From Antedon mediterranea (lineage: Eukaryota; Animalia; Echinodermata), in NCBI RefSeq assembly GCF_964355755.1, contig NC_092676.1:13968871-14032870 (forward strand): a stretch of 64,000 bases of DNA, in the 5' to 3' direction. Under the pieces are notes generated by a model, which was given only the letters and a program-made list of their open reading frames with translations, searched no databases and had not been told where the DNA came from. A program made the translations under genes and the position numbers. The first letter of the stretch is position 1; each line of letters begins with the position of its first letter. This document shows positions 26,101 to 37,669 of this stretch, in pieces.

Positions 26101-29100
26101 CGACCGGTTTAAAACATTGTTTGACCTTAATGTTCTCGATTCCAGATATTATATACATACACAATTCTCGTAGAATCAGTTTTCCAACAATCAATACAGG
26201 TGCCAGAAAACCAAACGGATCGTATACTGCACTTAAAGTAGAGAGAATCCCACGGCGAGTGACTGGATTATCTTTAAATTCCATTCGAAACTCGAACGTA
26301 TCCATTTCCACGTACCAAACAACACCAAGTGCACGTTCAATAGGTAACTGGTCGTGTAAAGAAATCGCCTTCCAGTCGGTTGCTCTCAAATCTGTGGGAA
26401 TTGAATTTAACACTTGTCTATTGTTAGTTACCCATTTTATGCAATGTTGAACCTGCCTTAGCACACATCTTAGTAGACCGTATTAAGATTCACCATCATC
26501 AGCAGCCTTTCGTAGGCCGAAGTTAGCGACTGAGGCAAACTCACTGCGCCAAACAGATGTACAGTCATCCTATGTTCGACAATTTCTTCAGAACCGTCCT
26601 TCCACCATAGAAATCGAAGAAAGTTACGATCAGGCTCTGAAACAAAAAACTGGTGAAACATTCCTTTCACATCGGCTTGAATAGCAATTGGTCATCCGTA
26701 ACATAACTTGTGTTCACACAGATACTGCTTTCGTTCACGTCTTGTCAGCTTATTAAAACCTTCGCAGTCATCTATATGATGGTCCTTAGTGCAATACGTA
26801 CAGGGCACGTTCACTTTGGTGGCAAATGATTGAGATGTTTGTCGCCATTGTGTAGGATGATTCTTCTCTGGTTCATCAATCCGTGGTGCGGTTGGTTGTT
26901 GAATAAACATTGGTATATTGGCTTCATCAGCCCTTGCTCTGACAAAACCTGCAAATATTTCAAAACTTGGAAAAGAGTCAACATTAGCATAAGATTGTAC
27001 AATATTTCTCCACTTATTTTCTATGAAATAAGGTACCTTCTTTATTAGTTTAAGGTTCTCTTGAGGGTAATCTAAAACTCCAAAATCCGGAATCTTTTGT
27101 TTAGCTACCACGATTTCGTTAAGAAAATCTGAAAATACTCTAAGACCAGGCACATCTCTTGGTTGAATCTTTGGCCAACTTTCTAACTTGTACAAAAACG
27201 CCTTAAAAATAACAGCATTGTTACCATATCTATTTTTAAGTTCACTACGATAATACATAACGATATATACTAATAAACTTCTTCCGACTGTAGTAACATA
27301 TAGCTACTTATCATAGCGGCTCTCCTGACAGATGTTGACTTAGTAAGTTCAACTTTTCATTCACCGATACGGCTTTAATTAAAGAGGTAAATGCACATTC
27401 CCACATAGGGTATTTTAAAGGGTTCCATCAAACCTTTCCACCGTTACTGTTGGTAATCGTAATAAATCTATTAACTCTTTCATAACCGGTGCTTGTGGCT
27501 GATTAAACTGTGGCTGATTAAACTGTGGCTGATTCAACAGTGAAGGTTGCACAAATAGTGACGAAATCGGAAAGTTTTGTGATGAGACTGGCGTTGTGGC
27601 TTGACATGCAACACGCTGTGGTGGTAATGAAGTAACAAGTGAATATGGAGTAAACGATGATGGAACTGTAATGTGTTGAGATGGACTAAACGATGATGGA
27701 ACTGTAATGTGTTGAGATGGAGTAAACGATATTGTGGATGTTACTCTAACTGGCACAAATGTCGACGAAAGCAACAAAGATGACGTTACCCGAACAGGCA
27801 TAGAGTTAGTATTCTTAGTCATTGTAGGTACCGGTATTTAAGCAAAAACACACGTCAGTACAGGAATTGTCATAGCTTCAGGTGAGGTAATTATTGGCAA
27901 TGATATAGTAGGAACTGTCATATATGAAGTAGATGCAATCGACGACGTAAGAACCCCAGTTATTGGCGCATACTGCCCAAATGAAGATACCGTTGATGGC
28001 CGTTTATACGTATTGTAATGTGTTGCAAAAGTAGCACTAACTTAATTACGTTCAACAAACGATATCTTCTCGGGAATGTTATCAACATATTGTTGAATAT
28101 CATCTGTAGATTGTGTAGGTAATTCGTCTAAGTACTCCATAAATGAGGTAACGGATTTAGAATCTAATCGTTTTACCTTACTTAGAACGGCGTCCACCTT
28201 GGCAAGTTCCTTTTCCTGCTGATGTTTCCTTAATTTGGTTTCATTGTCAAGGTGCAAATGTTTCAACCGCATTTCTTCTTCCGCAAATTCCAGCTCCACC
28301 TTTTGTTCTTCCAAGTTCAATAATTTCTGTCAAATCTTGAACTTCTAGCAGAAGAACGAGTTCGCAGACCGCGTAGATTTGCTGGCTGCACTTGTTCCGA
28401 ATGAACGAGATGAATTTCTAGATGAATCCCGATTTTCCTTTGCCAACTCCATCCAATATTGGTTTCCTTTTTCAGTTTGAGCGGGCACCTTCCTCAAATT
28501 GTATCCACCTAAACCAAACTGCGAATCGTCTTCCATTCCGCAACACAGAATAAACAATTTGATTAACAAATTCGATTAGTTTCCGCAACGCAGAAAGCAA
28601 TGGCGGCCTCCGCAACACAGAGACAACCTGATCACCAAATTATTTTGTAACAATTATCAATCAATTATTATACAGTCTTGATCAGTTTCTGCAACTCAAA
28701 AAACAATGGCGGACTTCGCAATCAACTACAGTGGCTTCAATGACTTATAGGTTCGTCCTATAACGGCACAATTTAATATTGTAATAAAGCGACACTTTAT
28801 TAATAACTCGTACACGAAGGCTTAATTTTTATGCAGGGTTTATTCTTTGAATAACGTATGGTACTACAATACATATCCTGGTAACACTGATAATAAATTG
28901 TAAGGCCTCGCACATAACACCGCCTTCGACCACAATGTCCCTTTCAATGCCGTTTTACGTGATCGGCTTTATACTGTATACAATAGAAGACGCTCACTTT
29001 AACACTCGGCCCTACAAATTAAATTTAAAAAAAAATCAAACAGGAAAATCAAACAATTGTTGCAGCATTCACCACGCTTGTATTTAGTTTTTAAGTAACC

Positions 29101-32100
29101 AATGTCTGCTGTCAGCTGATTTTAAATTGAGCCTAATTTCAAAAGAATTGATGCATTTAATCAAATACTATATGCCATAAAATAAAGATATTGGTAAAAT
29201 TGCGTGAAAAAATAGGTAATTGAACTCTGACCCGCAAGTGCATCACCAAAATCACTTAAGAATTGGATTTTCAGATGTACCAAAGTATGTCTCACTAAGT
29301 TAAATCATATTAAGAATATGTGCACTAAATCGACTCATTGATCGTAATATTCAGAATATTCTTATTTATGAAAATATAAATAAAGATAGTGGAAATAGAA
29401 AAAAATATAAAGTGCACAAATGTTGAGATTTTAGCCTTGTTATCAAGGATGCATTACGCACACGCACAGCGTTACCATACCTAATAAAATACATTATTAA
29501 ACTGTTATCCACATACCGTGTAGCATAGGTGAAATTACAGGACCCACATATGTTCTCATTTTTTAGTATGATGTCATCAAAATCAAAGATGAATATGACA
29601 ATTTCGGTAAATAATGATTTAAACAAAAATATAGTAGATTTGGAAGAAAATTGGACATGTAGAAGCATTCTGCGAGTTGTTTTAAATTTGTATAACTTTG
29701 AAAAAGAAACTACTTTTCAAATTCAGTTGGCCATATGACGTCAAAACATCCGATGGGCATAATTTTTACATGAATTCATGTGTAAATTTCAGAAGCGCCT
29801 TTGAACATTATTATGGATACTGGCGCTATATAAATCTGATTGATTGATTGATTGATTGAATAAGTTATAACCATCAAGGTCATCTTTAATTCTGAACAAC
29901 TGTATGATTTCAAATAATAATCGGTATAGGTGAAATTATGCAACCCACATTATTCAAATTTTTAAACGTGATGACATCATCAAAATTAAAATATTGGTAA
30001 TCCATGAGAATAGTTTGAGAAAGAACATTATTATGTAAATTTGAGAGAAAATCTGGCACAGATAAACAAGATGCGCTCTGTTGAATGTGAATTGTCGAAA
30101 AAAGGGAAAAAATTTAAGTAAGTAAGAAAACTTATAATACTGTTTTATTATTTTATCATTTATTTTTTACATAACAATAGCGCCATAGTATCTTTGGTTC
30201 AAAGATAAGCATTTTTTCCATCTCCAGATGGTTAAAGCTAATTGTTAAGAAAATTGTTTAAAAAAATAGAGCTGCTAGATGTCTGGAAATGGCACTTACT
30301 ATAATTTGAAATATGAAATATATAGACTTGGTTTCTTTGCGAGATCGTAAGAACAAATTAATGGCGCGATATAGATATATCTGAGATCTTAGTTTTCTGC
30401 ATTCTGAGGAGCTATAAAAGATAGATATCTTTGTAGACAAATTTGCATGAATTTCCAATTGGAGAGCGCACGATTACTTAACTTTCATGTGCATGTGTTG
30501 CGTTATTTGGAAATGAAAGCAAATTTATCACGTAGGGTATAAAGAACAAATATCGACTGTAAAAATTAACTTTTTGCGTTACTTATGTGTTAGGCGCACA
30601 AAAATGCATGCATACCGTGCACAAATTCAATAATTTTTAAACACTCAAAATTTGATTAAAAATTTATTGTACTTAATTATTTTTTGGAGTTTTTGGATTT
30701 CTGTTTTTCCACAACCCTACATACAGTATATGTTGCCCAATATACAGTGTATAATCCTACTCTTCTCTAGCTACGCAGTACCAACATAATTAGTAGTCAA
30801 TTAGAAAAGTTGTCAATTTTCAGGTGTGGTATGGCTTCAGATTTCCGTCAATGGTTATTTTTATTTCAATATCATATTGAGGATCTATATGGTACTAGAA
30901 GAATAAGTTATTCTTGTCACGTATAAGACCCTTATCAAACTAAAATAATATAATTAACAAGTAAACAGATCAGTAAAAAATAAAAACAAACAGCAGTATG
31001 ACATCAGATTTATGATTATATAAAGAAATTAAGTGTTTTTTAGCATTGGCTCGAAACACAATAATAGATTTTGGTGTCTTAAGGTTGTCATTAAGTCCAT
31101 TCCATAATCGTGGTCCGGAGACAGTAATGAAGAATTCTAAAGTTTTTAATTTAAACGAGGGTATTTGTATACAGTTTAGCAAGGCTTTATGTGTATGGGA
31201 TTTTGTCAGTTTATTAAATAATTTTGACATGGTCACTGGTAAATTGTTATTTTGGAATTTGAAAATAAAAGATACAGTTCGTAATTTATATAAATCGTAT
31301 ATATTGAGAATATTGAGTTGCTTAAATATCGGTTCAGAAGGTGCGCAATAATGAGAAAAAGTAATAATTCGGGAGGCACATTTAATTAATTTATTAATGG
31401 CTAGTACAATGCAAATAAATTTTAACTATGTAGTAATAATCATTACGTAGGAACATACTATTTGAATATCCTTATTTGAATAATAATAATAGTATACAGT
31501 ATGTACATACTAAGTGGTCGGTAGGTACAATTAAATATTGTACTGTTGGAATAAAATGTGATCAACAGAGATTTTTGCATTTACAAGTTCATGAACAATT
31601 CAAGATGACATTTACTGATTTGAAGCCTTTCCTATTTAAGTTAAATCTATCAAGAATAGATTATCTAATTTATCAATTACTTAATATTTTAGTTGTACTC
31701 AATATTATTAAATTACAATGAATCTTTTGTTTTTTATTTTAAAAATTAGTTTGTGGTAACCTATACACAGAAATGTTGAAACATTCTCAACTTTACTTAC
31801 TTTACCACACAGTTATTATAGTGTTTATTGACAATGCAACCTGGTATATAAAACATTTTTAAAGTAATGGATGTTTTTTCAACGTATTTCTTGCTTTCAT
31901 ACTATTTTTAACTTTCATGGAAAACCCCAAAACGATTATGGTAAACTTTTGATATGTTGTTATTTATAAGATAAGATAATATAATAAGATTTATAAAGCG
32001 CACATATCCACAAAGTGCTCAAGGCGCTTGTGAAAGCCATGAAAAATACTAACCTTGAAACTAAAAACAACAAAACATTTTGCAAAAAAAAAACGGAATA

Positions 32101-32726
32101 AAAGCAGACTAATCGAACCCACATCACTGCTTCCGTTTACCAGCAATTTAAGGTGCACAGACCTGCCAGTACATTACTCACAAGTGTTCTCAGTAATGTG
32201 GGTATCTAGCTAAACAATAACCTTACAAATTTCCAAAGGCAGTCGACAGCAGATGTGTATTAAGCGCACTCTTGAACACTTCAGTAGACTTGCTAGATCT
32301 AATATGGGATGGTAATGTGTTGCAATGCAACAGCAAATGACCTATCCCCCCATGAATGCCTGGACCTAGGCACAATAAGCTGTTGCAGACTACTAGACCT
32401 AAGATTCCGAGCTGGCGCATGCCTGACCAGCAAATCATGGAGATACTGCGGACCTTCACCATAAAATTATTATTCTAAATATGTAAAGAAATTGTAGATC
32501 CATGACATCGGAACAAGGTGAAATGTTAATTTACTGCTTATAGCCTAATTTTTTTAATTGTTTTGCTCAGATTCTGAATGCTTGTATCATTATTTTTTGT
32601 TTAATATGAAACATTTTTTATTCTGTCTAATTTCAGATGCTGAATGGCAATCAATCCTTAGAACAGGTCAATGAACTTTACTGTAAAGTAAACAAACCTT
32701 TGGAAATGTTTTACGCAAAAAGTTGA
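2070..32726 (+). CDS. RNF2: E3 ubiquitin ligase RING2/RING1B (Sce), PRC1 catalytic subunit; spliced gene, coding exons 2070-2106, 16965-17160, 17275-17503, 17598-17909, 19402-19546, 22600-22664, 32637-32726
   Basis: Exons join in frame at GT-AG sites to give [29 protein letters not shown]...C3HC4 RING (CPICLDML...CLHRFCQDC...CPTC), an acidic linker and a RAWUL domain ([10 protein letters not shown]...[18 protein letters not shown]...[28 protein letters not shown]). The initiator exon lies upstream of 2070 and is unresolved. Confidence 0.95.
3440..4143 (-). repeat. Tandem partial copies of the tRNA-cassette 3' module separated by (TA)n
   Basis: AAACACATCAGGCAATGAACATTAATTCTAAACCGCCCGGTGAT...AAAGATGAGGAAAT recurs at ~3440, ~3683 and ~4034, each next to TA-rich runs. 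Confidence 0.75.
3782..3853 (-). tRNA. tRNA-like gene with anticodon ATC (Asp-type, non-canonical), repeat-borne
   Basis: GCCCCAG/TTGGGGC acceptor stem, box A TGGTCTAATGG, anticodon arm TCTGC-ATATCAA-GCAGG, T arm CCGAG-TTCGAGT-CTCGG, G discriminator, TTTTT terminator 2 nt downstream. Confidence 0.7.
4143..4224. repeat. Near-perfect palindrome with (TA)n centre
   Basis: ACACAGTGCTACGCAACATCATTGATTTATATAT...ATATATAAATCAATGATGTTGCGTAGCACTGTGT. Confidence 0.9.
5221..7854. mobile_element. Non-autonomous DNA transposon, 17-bp TIR, 4-bp TSD
   Basis: CAGTCGAGACGCAGAGT (5221-5237) and its exact reverse complement (7838-7854), flanked by GATA on both sides; no transposase ORF seen. Confidence 0.85.
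8073..9022 (+). repeat. Tandem duplication, ~480-bp unit x2
   Basis: 8073-8540 is almost identical to 8553-9022. Confidence 0.93.
9977..10279 (-). mobile_element. tRNA-headed SINE with Deu/Nin-like central domain
   Basis: Minus strand: box A TGGCCGAGCGG, box B GGTTCGAG, core GATAAGGACTATAAACCGTAGGTCC...TTAAAGAACC...GAGTAGGGGGTTACCCCGGTG, (TCAA)n tail. Confidence 0.85.
10332..10349. mobile_element. 18-bp palindromic micro-insertion with 7-bp TSD (P-element-like footprint), copy 1
   Basis: ATATGGG-CATGGAGTAAACTCCATG-ATATGGG. Confidence 0.85.
11341..12395. mobile_element. Kolobok-type non-autonomous foldback element
   Basis: 464-bp inverted arms (11341-11804 / 11932-12395, two mismatches seen), 127-bp spacer, AGG...CCT termini, TTAA on both sides. 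Confidence 0.9.
12499..12715 (+). mobile_element. Short element: 32-bp inverted repeats around a tRNA-like sequence, 13-bp flanking direct repeat
   Basis: IR at 12499-12530 / 12658-12689; TTATTCACATTAA at 12489-12501 and 12716-12728. Confidence 0.8.
12532..12604 (+). pseudogene. tRNA-like sequence, anticodon AGT (Thr-type)
   Basis: Box A TGGTCTAGAGG, anticodon arm CCAGG-CTAGTGA-TCTGG, T arm GTGGG-TTTGAGT-CCCAC, 5/7 acceptor pairs; followed by hairpin TACTTGCGAA-TTTT-TTCGCAAGTA containing T6. Confidence 0.65.
14330..14725 (+). mobile_element. Heavily deleted CR1/Jockey-group LINE ORF2 fragment
   Basis: [11 protein letters not shown] (APE start), FIDYFTNIG and [18 protein letters not shown] (pre-RT) collapsed together. 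Confidence 0.65.
15700..16020 (+). repeat. Dispersed Helentron-associated-type element 3' end (related to 18990-19272)
   Basis: Shared sequence ending in hairpin AACTCGTCAAAGTGAYGAGTT followed by TAGTT. Confidence 0.55.
16965..17160 (+). CDS. RNF2: RNF2 exon, N-terminal part of RING finger
   Basis: ttttag acceptor; [66 protein letters not shown]; gtaag donor. Confidence 0.97.
17275..17503 (+). CDS. RNF2: RNF2 exon, end of RING finger
   Basis: [45 protein letters not shown]...QAMNRAQRV; ttag / gtaagt boundaries. Confidence 0.97.
17598..17909 (+). CDS. RNF2: RNF2 exon, acidic/Pro-rich linker
   Basis: tctacag acceptor, 312-nt phase-0 open exon (RKQNPV...[10 protein letters not shown]...EPVQ), gtcagt donor. 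Confidence 0.85.
18990..19272 (+). repeat. Second copy of the same element 3' end
   Basis: Colinear similarity to 15700-16020; ends AACTCGTCAAAGTGACGAGTT-CATATCTAGTT. Confidence 0.55.
19402..19546 (+). CDS. RNF2: RNF2 exon, RAWUL domain N-part
   Basis: [10 protein letters not shown]...[27 protein letters not shown]; ctgtag / gttac boundaries. Confidence 0.93.
20370..20935 (+). repeat. 15-bp minisatellite (AAGTCGTTCGTCYTC), degenerate towards the 5' side
   Basis: Near-perfect units at ~20745-20915; diverged 15-mers upstream. Confidence 0.9.
22600..22664 (+). CDS. RNF2: RNF2 exon, RAWUL middle
   Basis: ttttag|AAAGC...TATACT|gtgagt; [22 protein letters not shown]; phases fit both neighbours. 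Confidence 0.88.
23092..23527. repeat. MITE-like inverted repeat pair
   Basis: TCAAACTTTAAAAATCGTGCGCTTGAAAA (~23092) and its reverse complement (~23499-23527). Confidence 0.7.
23654..25072 (+). mobile_element. Transib DNA transposon remnant (left end plus frameshifted, deleted transposase)
   Basis: Terminus CACAGTGGGCC. Translated fragments [62 protein letters not shown] and LSPLHKWSR match Transib transposase blocks in order. Confidence 0.78.
25075..29004 (-). mobile_element. Internally deleted BEL/Pao LTR retrotransposon
   Basis: LTRs at 28832-29004 and 25075-25286 (start TGTTAAAGTG on minus). Gag with Zn knuckle ([13 protein letters not shown]), RT fragment (MFHQ...FLRFLWW...HLFGA), Pao block ([16 protein letters not shown]), integrase (H-H-CVIC, GVDLFGP, SDRGTN); many frameshifts and deletions. 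Confidence 0.93.
29115..29250 (+). repeat. Dispersed repeat; inverted homolog at ~35885-36010
   Basis: AAAAGAATTGATGCATTT...ATATTGGTAAAATTGCGTGAAAA...CTCTGAC matches the reverse complement of 35885-36010. Confidence 0.7.
30860..31400 (-). mobile_element. 3' fragment of CR1-group LINE
   Basis: Minus-strand C-terminal motif [14 protein letters not shown]...[10 protein letters not shown], followed by 3' UTR with AATAA. Confidence 0.65.
31970..32420 (-). mobile_element. 3' fragment of L2 LINE
   Basis: [24 protein letters not shown] and L2-type tail AAGCGCCTTGAGCAC...GCGCTTTATAAAT plus (TTA)-like repeats. Confidence 0.65.
32637..32726 (+). CDS. RNF2: RNF2 last coding exon
   Basis: tttcag|[29 protein letters not shown], resembling the vertebrate RING1B C-terminus ([26 protein letters not shown]). 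Confidence 0.93.
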   Translation: MLNGNQSLEQVNELYCKVNKPLEMFYAKS

Positions 32727-33113
32727 AACTAATGGCACCTCATTGCAAACATCACCATCAATACCTGAATCTGCTTGAAAATAATGGAAAGTATATAATT
32801 GTAAATATATCTCATGTGGTATGTGTACTGTACTTGCAAACAGCAATGTAAATACAATGTTATGGTTTTGTAAAATTTAGTGTACTAAAATAGTCAAGTC
32901 ATTTGAATTACATGAATAATGTAATAATTGTTTTGAAGCAATTGGATATTTCTTATTATTATTTCTAATTATTATAAATAATATTTATTTATTTTGTTAT
33001 TTCTCTATGCTGTCTTCAGCATGGGTGGATCCAAAAATTGCAGCTAAAAATTAAATTATGAATTAATTTTAGATATCAATTTTTTACACATATGTTACCT
33101 CTAACCCATTAAA

Positions 33114-33202
33114 AAATCCTGGATCCTCCTCTGATCAGTTAATGTATTATCGTATAATTATACGATACTACATTAACTGATCAGGGGGAGGATCCAGGAT
33201 TT
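33114..33202. repeat. ~89-bp near-perfect palindrome downstream of the RNF2 stop
   Basis: AAATCCTGGATCCTCCTCTGATCAGTTAATGTATTATCGTATAAT mirrored with two mismatches. Confidence 0.9.
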
Positions 33203-33689
33203 AAAAATCCTATATATAAAGAAGACTGATGTTTTTGAAATTCAGTTTTTCAGTTTAAAATCACATGTAAAACCATGCAATCTCACAACAGGATGCTGAG
33301 CGTGGCCAGATCAAATGGTTTACCATTAGATTGATTTTCGATTGGCCAATTGGCTTCCTAAAATGTTTATATTAAGCGACACCAGTCGGTACCAAAATGG
33401 TACCATCCATAATCTGTACACTTATAGCCTTGCTTTAATCCAAAACTCCTCCCTACTTTCAATTCAATTCAAGGTTTTATTGAATTAAGCGAAAATTTAC
33501 ATTGTAGCCAAAGGCTAAATTGTGTAAAATTTTACAAAATATTGCACATATAAAAAAGTTATTACATAAAAAGAACATATTAAAATTGAATTGGATAAAG
33601 TACATAATATGTAAATGAGAAAAACATTGAAAAATCAAAGAAATTGTTACGAATCATGGCCTAATAAAATATCTGTGTATGATCTTATG

Positions 33690-34145
33690 TATTATTATTA
33701 TTATTATTATTATATTATTTGTTTATTATTTCACATTGGTTGATGACGGCAACTTTGGCTAAATGTAATTATTCTTTATTATTCAACAGGTTAATTAGGT
33801 ATAGTAAAGGGCCATTTTTATATCGTTTAGTTCTACATTTTATTTGTGGATATGGGTTGGTCTTTCTTAAGTTGTACGGTTTATTTCTAGGCTGTAGCCA
33901 TTATTGAAAATACCTTAGATATAGGTTTTTTCTTCTAGTAGCGAGGGTTTCTAAATTACATACACTGAGAGCATTTTCATAGCTTATATAATTTATACCA
34001 AGAATTATTCTAAGTACCCTCCTTTGTATTGCTTCTAATTGATCAATCTGTTTGTTCGTTATGCCAGCATTCCAAACAGGAACAGCACACTCCAAAAGAG
34101 GTCTAATATAACCCATAAACACGGTAATTAGGTCGTCTTTATTAA
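33690..34145 (-). mobile_element. 3' fragment of CR1-like LINE
   Basis: YIRPLLECAVPVWNAGITNKQIDQLEAIQRRVLRIILG...LETLATRR, then (TAA)n. Confidence 0.75.
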
Positions 34146-34335
34146 GTTGGAATTTAAATTCAATTCAATATAAATTAATAAATGTCGGATTTAAATAGCA
34201 TGTATAAAACTTAAAAGGCAATAAAGTAATGGTTTTATGAATTTTACTGTCAACATTTTCAAAAATGAAGGTTAACAAAATTTCAATTATGAAATATTGT
34301 GTCTACTTCGATCAAATCATTAGTATAAAGGTTCA

Positions 34336-35585
34336 TCTTCTTTTGGATGATCCAAAGGGAATAAAACCGTAAAACTTACGTTTTTAGTCGCGTGGACGCG
34401 ACTCTATAGTTCACTATGTCGGTCGGTTGGTCTGTCGGTCCGGTATCACTATGCGTTTTAGCACGCGACTTATGGCTGTTAGCCTTGTTTACTCTAGCTT
34501 TCGCTGGTTCATCGACACAGCTTAATCATGAGTGAGTCTATGTGATTTGAAATTGTTACCATGAAATCTCGTAGTTGGTGTAGCGCCATCTATGGAATGT
34601 TCAGGTTTACCCATATGGGATTGTCGAGGCCTCCTCTTTAGTAAGTTGTTATACAGTTTGGTAGTTCTAATCCACCGTCGTCTCTGTTCATAGTATTACC
34701 ATGTTTTCTTATTTTTATGGATTCTTTTATTTTTCTATATTTCCATTAAGATTCTGTGCCTAGTATTTTACGTTCCAATTTGGTAAATGAGTGTGAGTGG
34801 TCATGTGATCTGTGATGGCTGAGTAATTAACAATTTCTGAAGGCTGAATTTCTGACTTTCGTGTTAAAATACCTGTGCAATGTGAAGTAACATCTGCTTT
34901 GTGTTCTTTTATCCTTGTGGATAAGGTTCTCGCTGTTTCTCCTATATAAACTTTTTCACAGTTGTTTCAATTTACTTGGTATATTACAACAGATTTGTCA
35001 TTTTTTATTTTAAAAGATTTCTTAAAACATTGTAACTGGATAAACAACGTATGATTCTTTCTGATATTCTTGGTATGTATGGTATGATCCCTATGTTCCC
35101 TTTGTTTTTTTTTAGTTGTATCTTTCGTTTTTTGTTTGACATTTTGTTTTCCTTTCTCCGATCTTTTTTGGATTATCTTGTCCATGGACCAATTGGGTAC
35201 TCGCACCCAACGAGCACGTGTTTAATCTTTTTCATTTCTGTTAGTTTCTCTTCTTTTTTAGTGACAAATTTTTCACATCTGTCAACCAGAGTGTTAACCA
35301 CACTTAACTTGTGTTCCAATGGATGGCAGGAGTGAAAGTTTAAGTATTGATCTGTGTGGGTCTTTTTTCTGTAAACTGTCGTCGTTTCCAACTACGAGAT
35401 TTCATGGTAGCAATTCCAAGTCACATAAACTCATGATTAAGCTGTGTCGATGAACCAGCAAAAACTAGAGTAACATGGCCATCATATACATCGCTGCAGT
35501 CGCGTGCTCAAGTTAGTGGTTACCGACCGACCGCCGAGTCGCATAAGTTTTACGGTTTTATTTCCTTTGGATCATCCAAAAGAAA
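34336..35585 (-). mobile_element. 5'-truncated Penelope-like element with inverted terminal (pLTR) copy
   Basis: TTVYRKKTHTDQYLNFHSCHPLEHKLSVVNTLVDR (RT C-terminus) and VIYQV...CEKVYIGETARTLSTRIKEH (GIY-YIG). 34336-34578 is inverted relative to 35388-35585. Confidence 0.88.
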
Positions 35586-37669
35586 AAAATATTTTTATCG
35601 ATAAAATCTATTTCAAAAATAGATGCATTAACTTCATGTTTGTAAAAAAAATAGACAAATAAATTACCTAAATACAATTAAATAGCAATAAAAACGATTC
35701 ATAGCCTAGAATTCGACGGCTTTGTATGAATTCGTTAGAAGTCTGTTAAGATAGCCTATCCTGGCAAGTCGAGCTCAGCATCCTGTTGTTATAGTCGATT
35801 TAAAGCACATATTTTACCATTGGTCTTAATATGATTTTTGTGTGAGATATACTTTGATACATCTGAAAACCCAATTACGTAATGTTGGTAATGCACTTTC
35901 GTGTCAGAGATCAATGACCTAATTTTCACGCAATTTTACCAATATATTTTATGGAACAGTATTTGATGAAATGCATCAATTCTTTTGGAATGAGACTCAA
36001 TTTAAAGCCGATGAATCATATTACACATTAATTATCATCAAAAGTCATTTGAGTCTTTATTTTACAATATGGAAAATAAACTCATTTATTCAATTTTTTT
36101 GGTAAAATTTCATTTTTTTATTTTAATAAATAACAAATATTTATGTAACATATGCTTGAATTTTTTTCAAACAACTTTTAAAAACTGCCCTATCTATATA
36201 GGAGTGGATATCAAAAATAACTTTTAAATTTGCGTTACAATTATAGCTTGTATATGTAAAATACTGATTTTATTCATTTAGGTAAAAAACGTAAACTACT
36301 TCTAAATCATACATTAAATGAAAGCCAATGACAATCTTTATATTCATAGATTCTTATAATCATAAACCTACCATAAGTCATTGTAATGTTAGATAATACG
36401 TATTTTCATTCATTTTTTGTTAAAATTTACAGTAAATGATATCTCGTGAACTACTTGTCGTAGAAGATGTCATACCTTTAATGAAATCAGTGACAATGTT
36501 TACTATCATTGTCATCATTTTTGTCATAAAGTCATCCTATTTAGACAAATTAAATAAACATTTAGGCCTACCGTACTGTAGTCTAGTAGTAGAATAGTAC
36601 TCTCATGTTTATTTCTTATATGGCCATACAGGTTTTGGAAATTGTTTTTTCAATCAATGCTTGCATTTGTAAACATCATTAACAAGACAGTAGTAAAGCA
36701 GTAAAATAAAAAGTTGTAATATCGATGTACCTATTTATATAAACATTGAATGTAAACGAATAAACAAAATAAAACATTTTAATTTATTTCTACTTACTTT
36801 AAACACTCCTAGTATTATTAGCTGCAGTACTGGTGTACTCGAGATCTACGTTTTTACCATGCTATACACTTATATTTTAATTTTTGATGATTGATTATTT
36901 GATATAACATTAACAATGAAGAGCTACGTTATATATTGTTATATTACATAGTCTATGTAAATACGTGAACGTGATTAGTTGAAACTGCATCACATGACTA
37001 ACGCTGCGAGGATCGTAAATCGTATATATCCTCGAGTACTCGATATTGATTAATTTTCGCGTAATTATCGTGTTCCTGTCATTTATGTCATTAAACATAA
37101 AATCCAGCAAATTCTCGAGTGCGATGATATTGACTGTGTAATTTTCGTGTGGGAACACTCGCGTTTGGCGATAAATAAACAAAACTCATCTACTGGGACG
37201 TGAACTCACGATGATTTGTCGGAATCATTAATTAGTAATTACCTGTATATTCGCAAGGTAAGGTGAATGCAACGCCTAACTAGGCAGGCTTATTACAAAG
37301 GAGGCCTAGCTACACCCGTTACAGCAATAGATATTCAACTTGTTGTTGGCTATGTAATATAACAGATATCGCCTTTTCTCGAAAAAATATATTTCCCTCA
37401 GCTAGCGCTTCGGCAAATATCACGTGATTGCGGGGCGCCCTCGCAATCATCTTTTGACAGCGTGAGCATCTCATCCTCTTCACCTCACGCTGTCAACAGA
37501 TTACCACGCCAGTTTTTGGCTAAGTAAAATAATTTTCACTTTTACATTTACCAGTTCATTTTATCCTCATACACTTATAGGCTGTGTGAACTCACACAAT
37601 ATCTTTGACTGGAATTTATCTAACACCTTATCTTACCCCCATTCTGTTCGATTTTTCGTACTTTACTGT

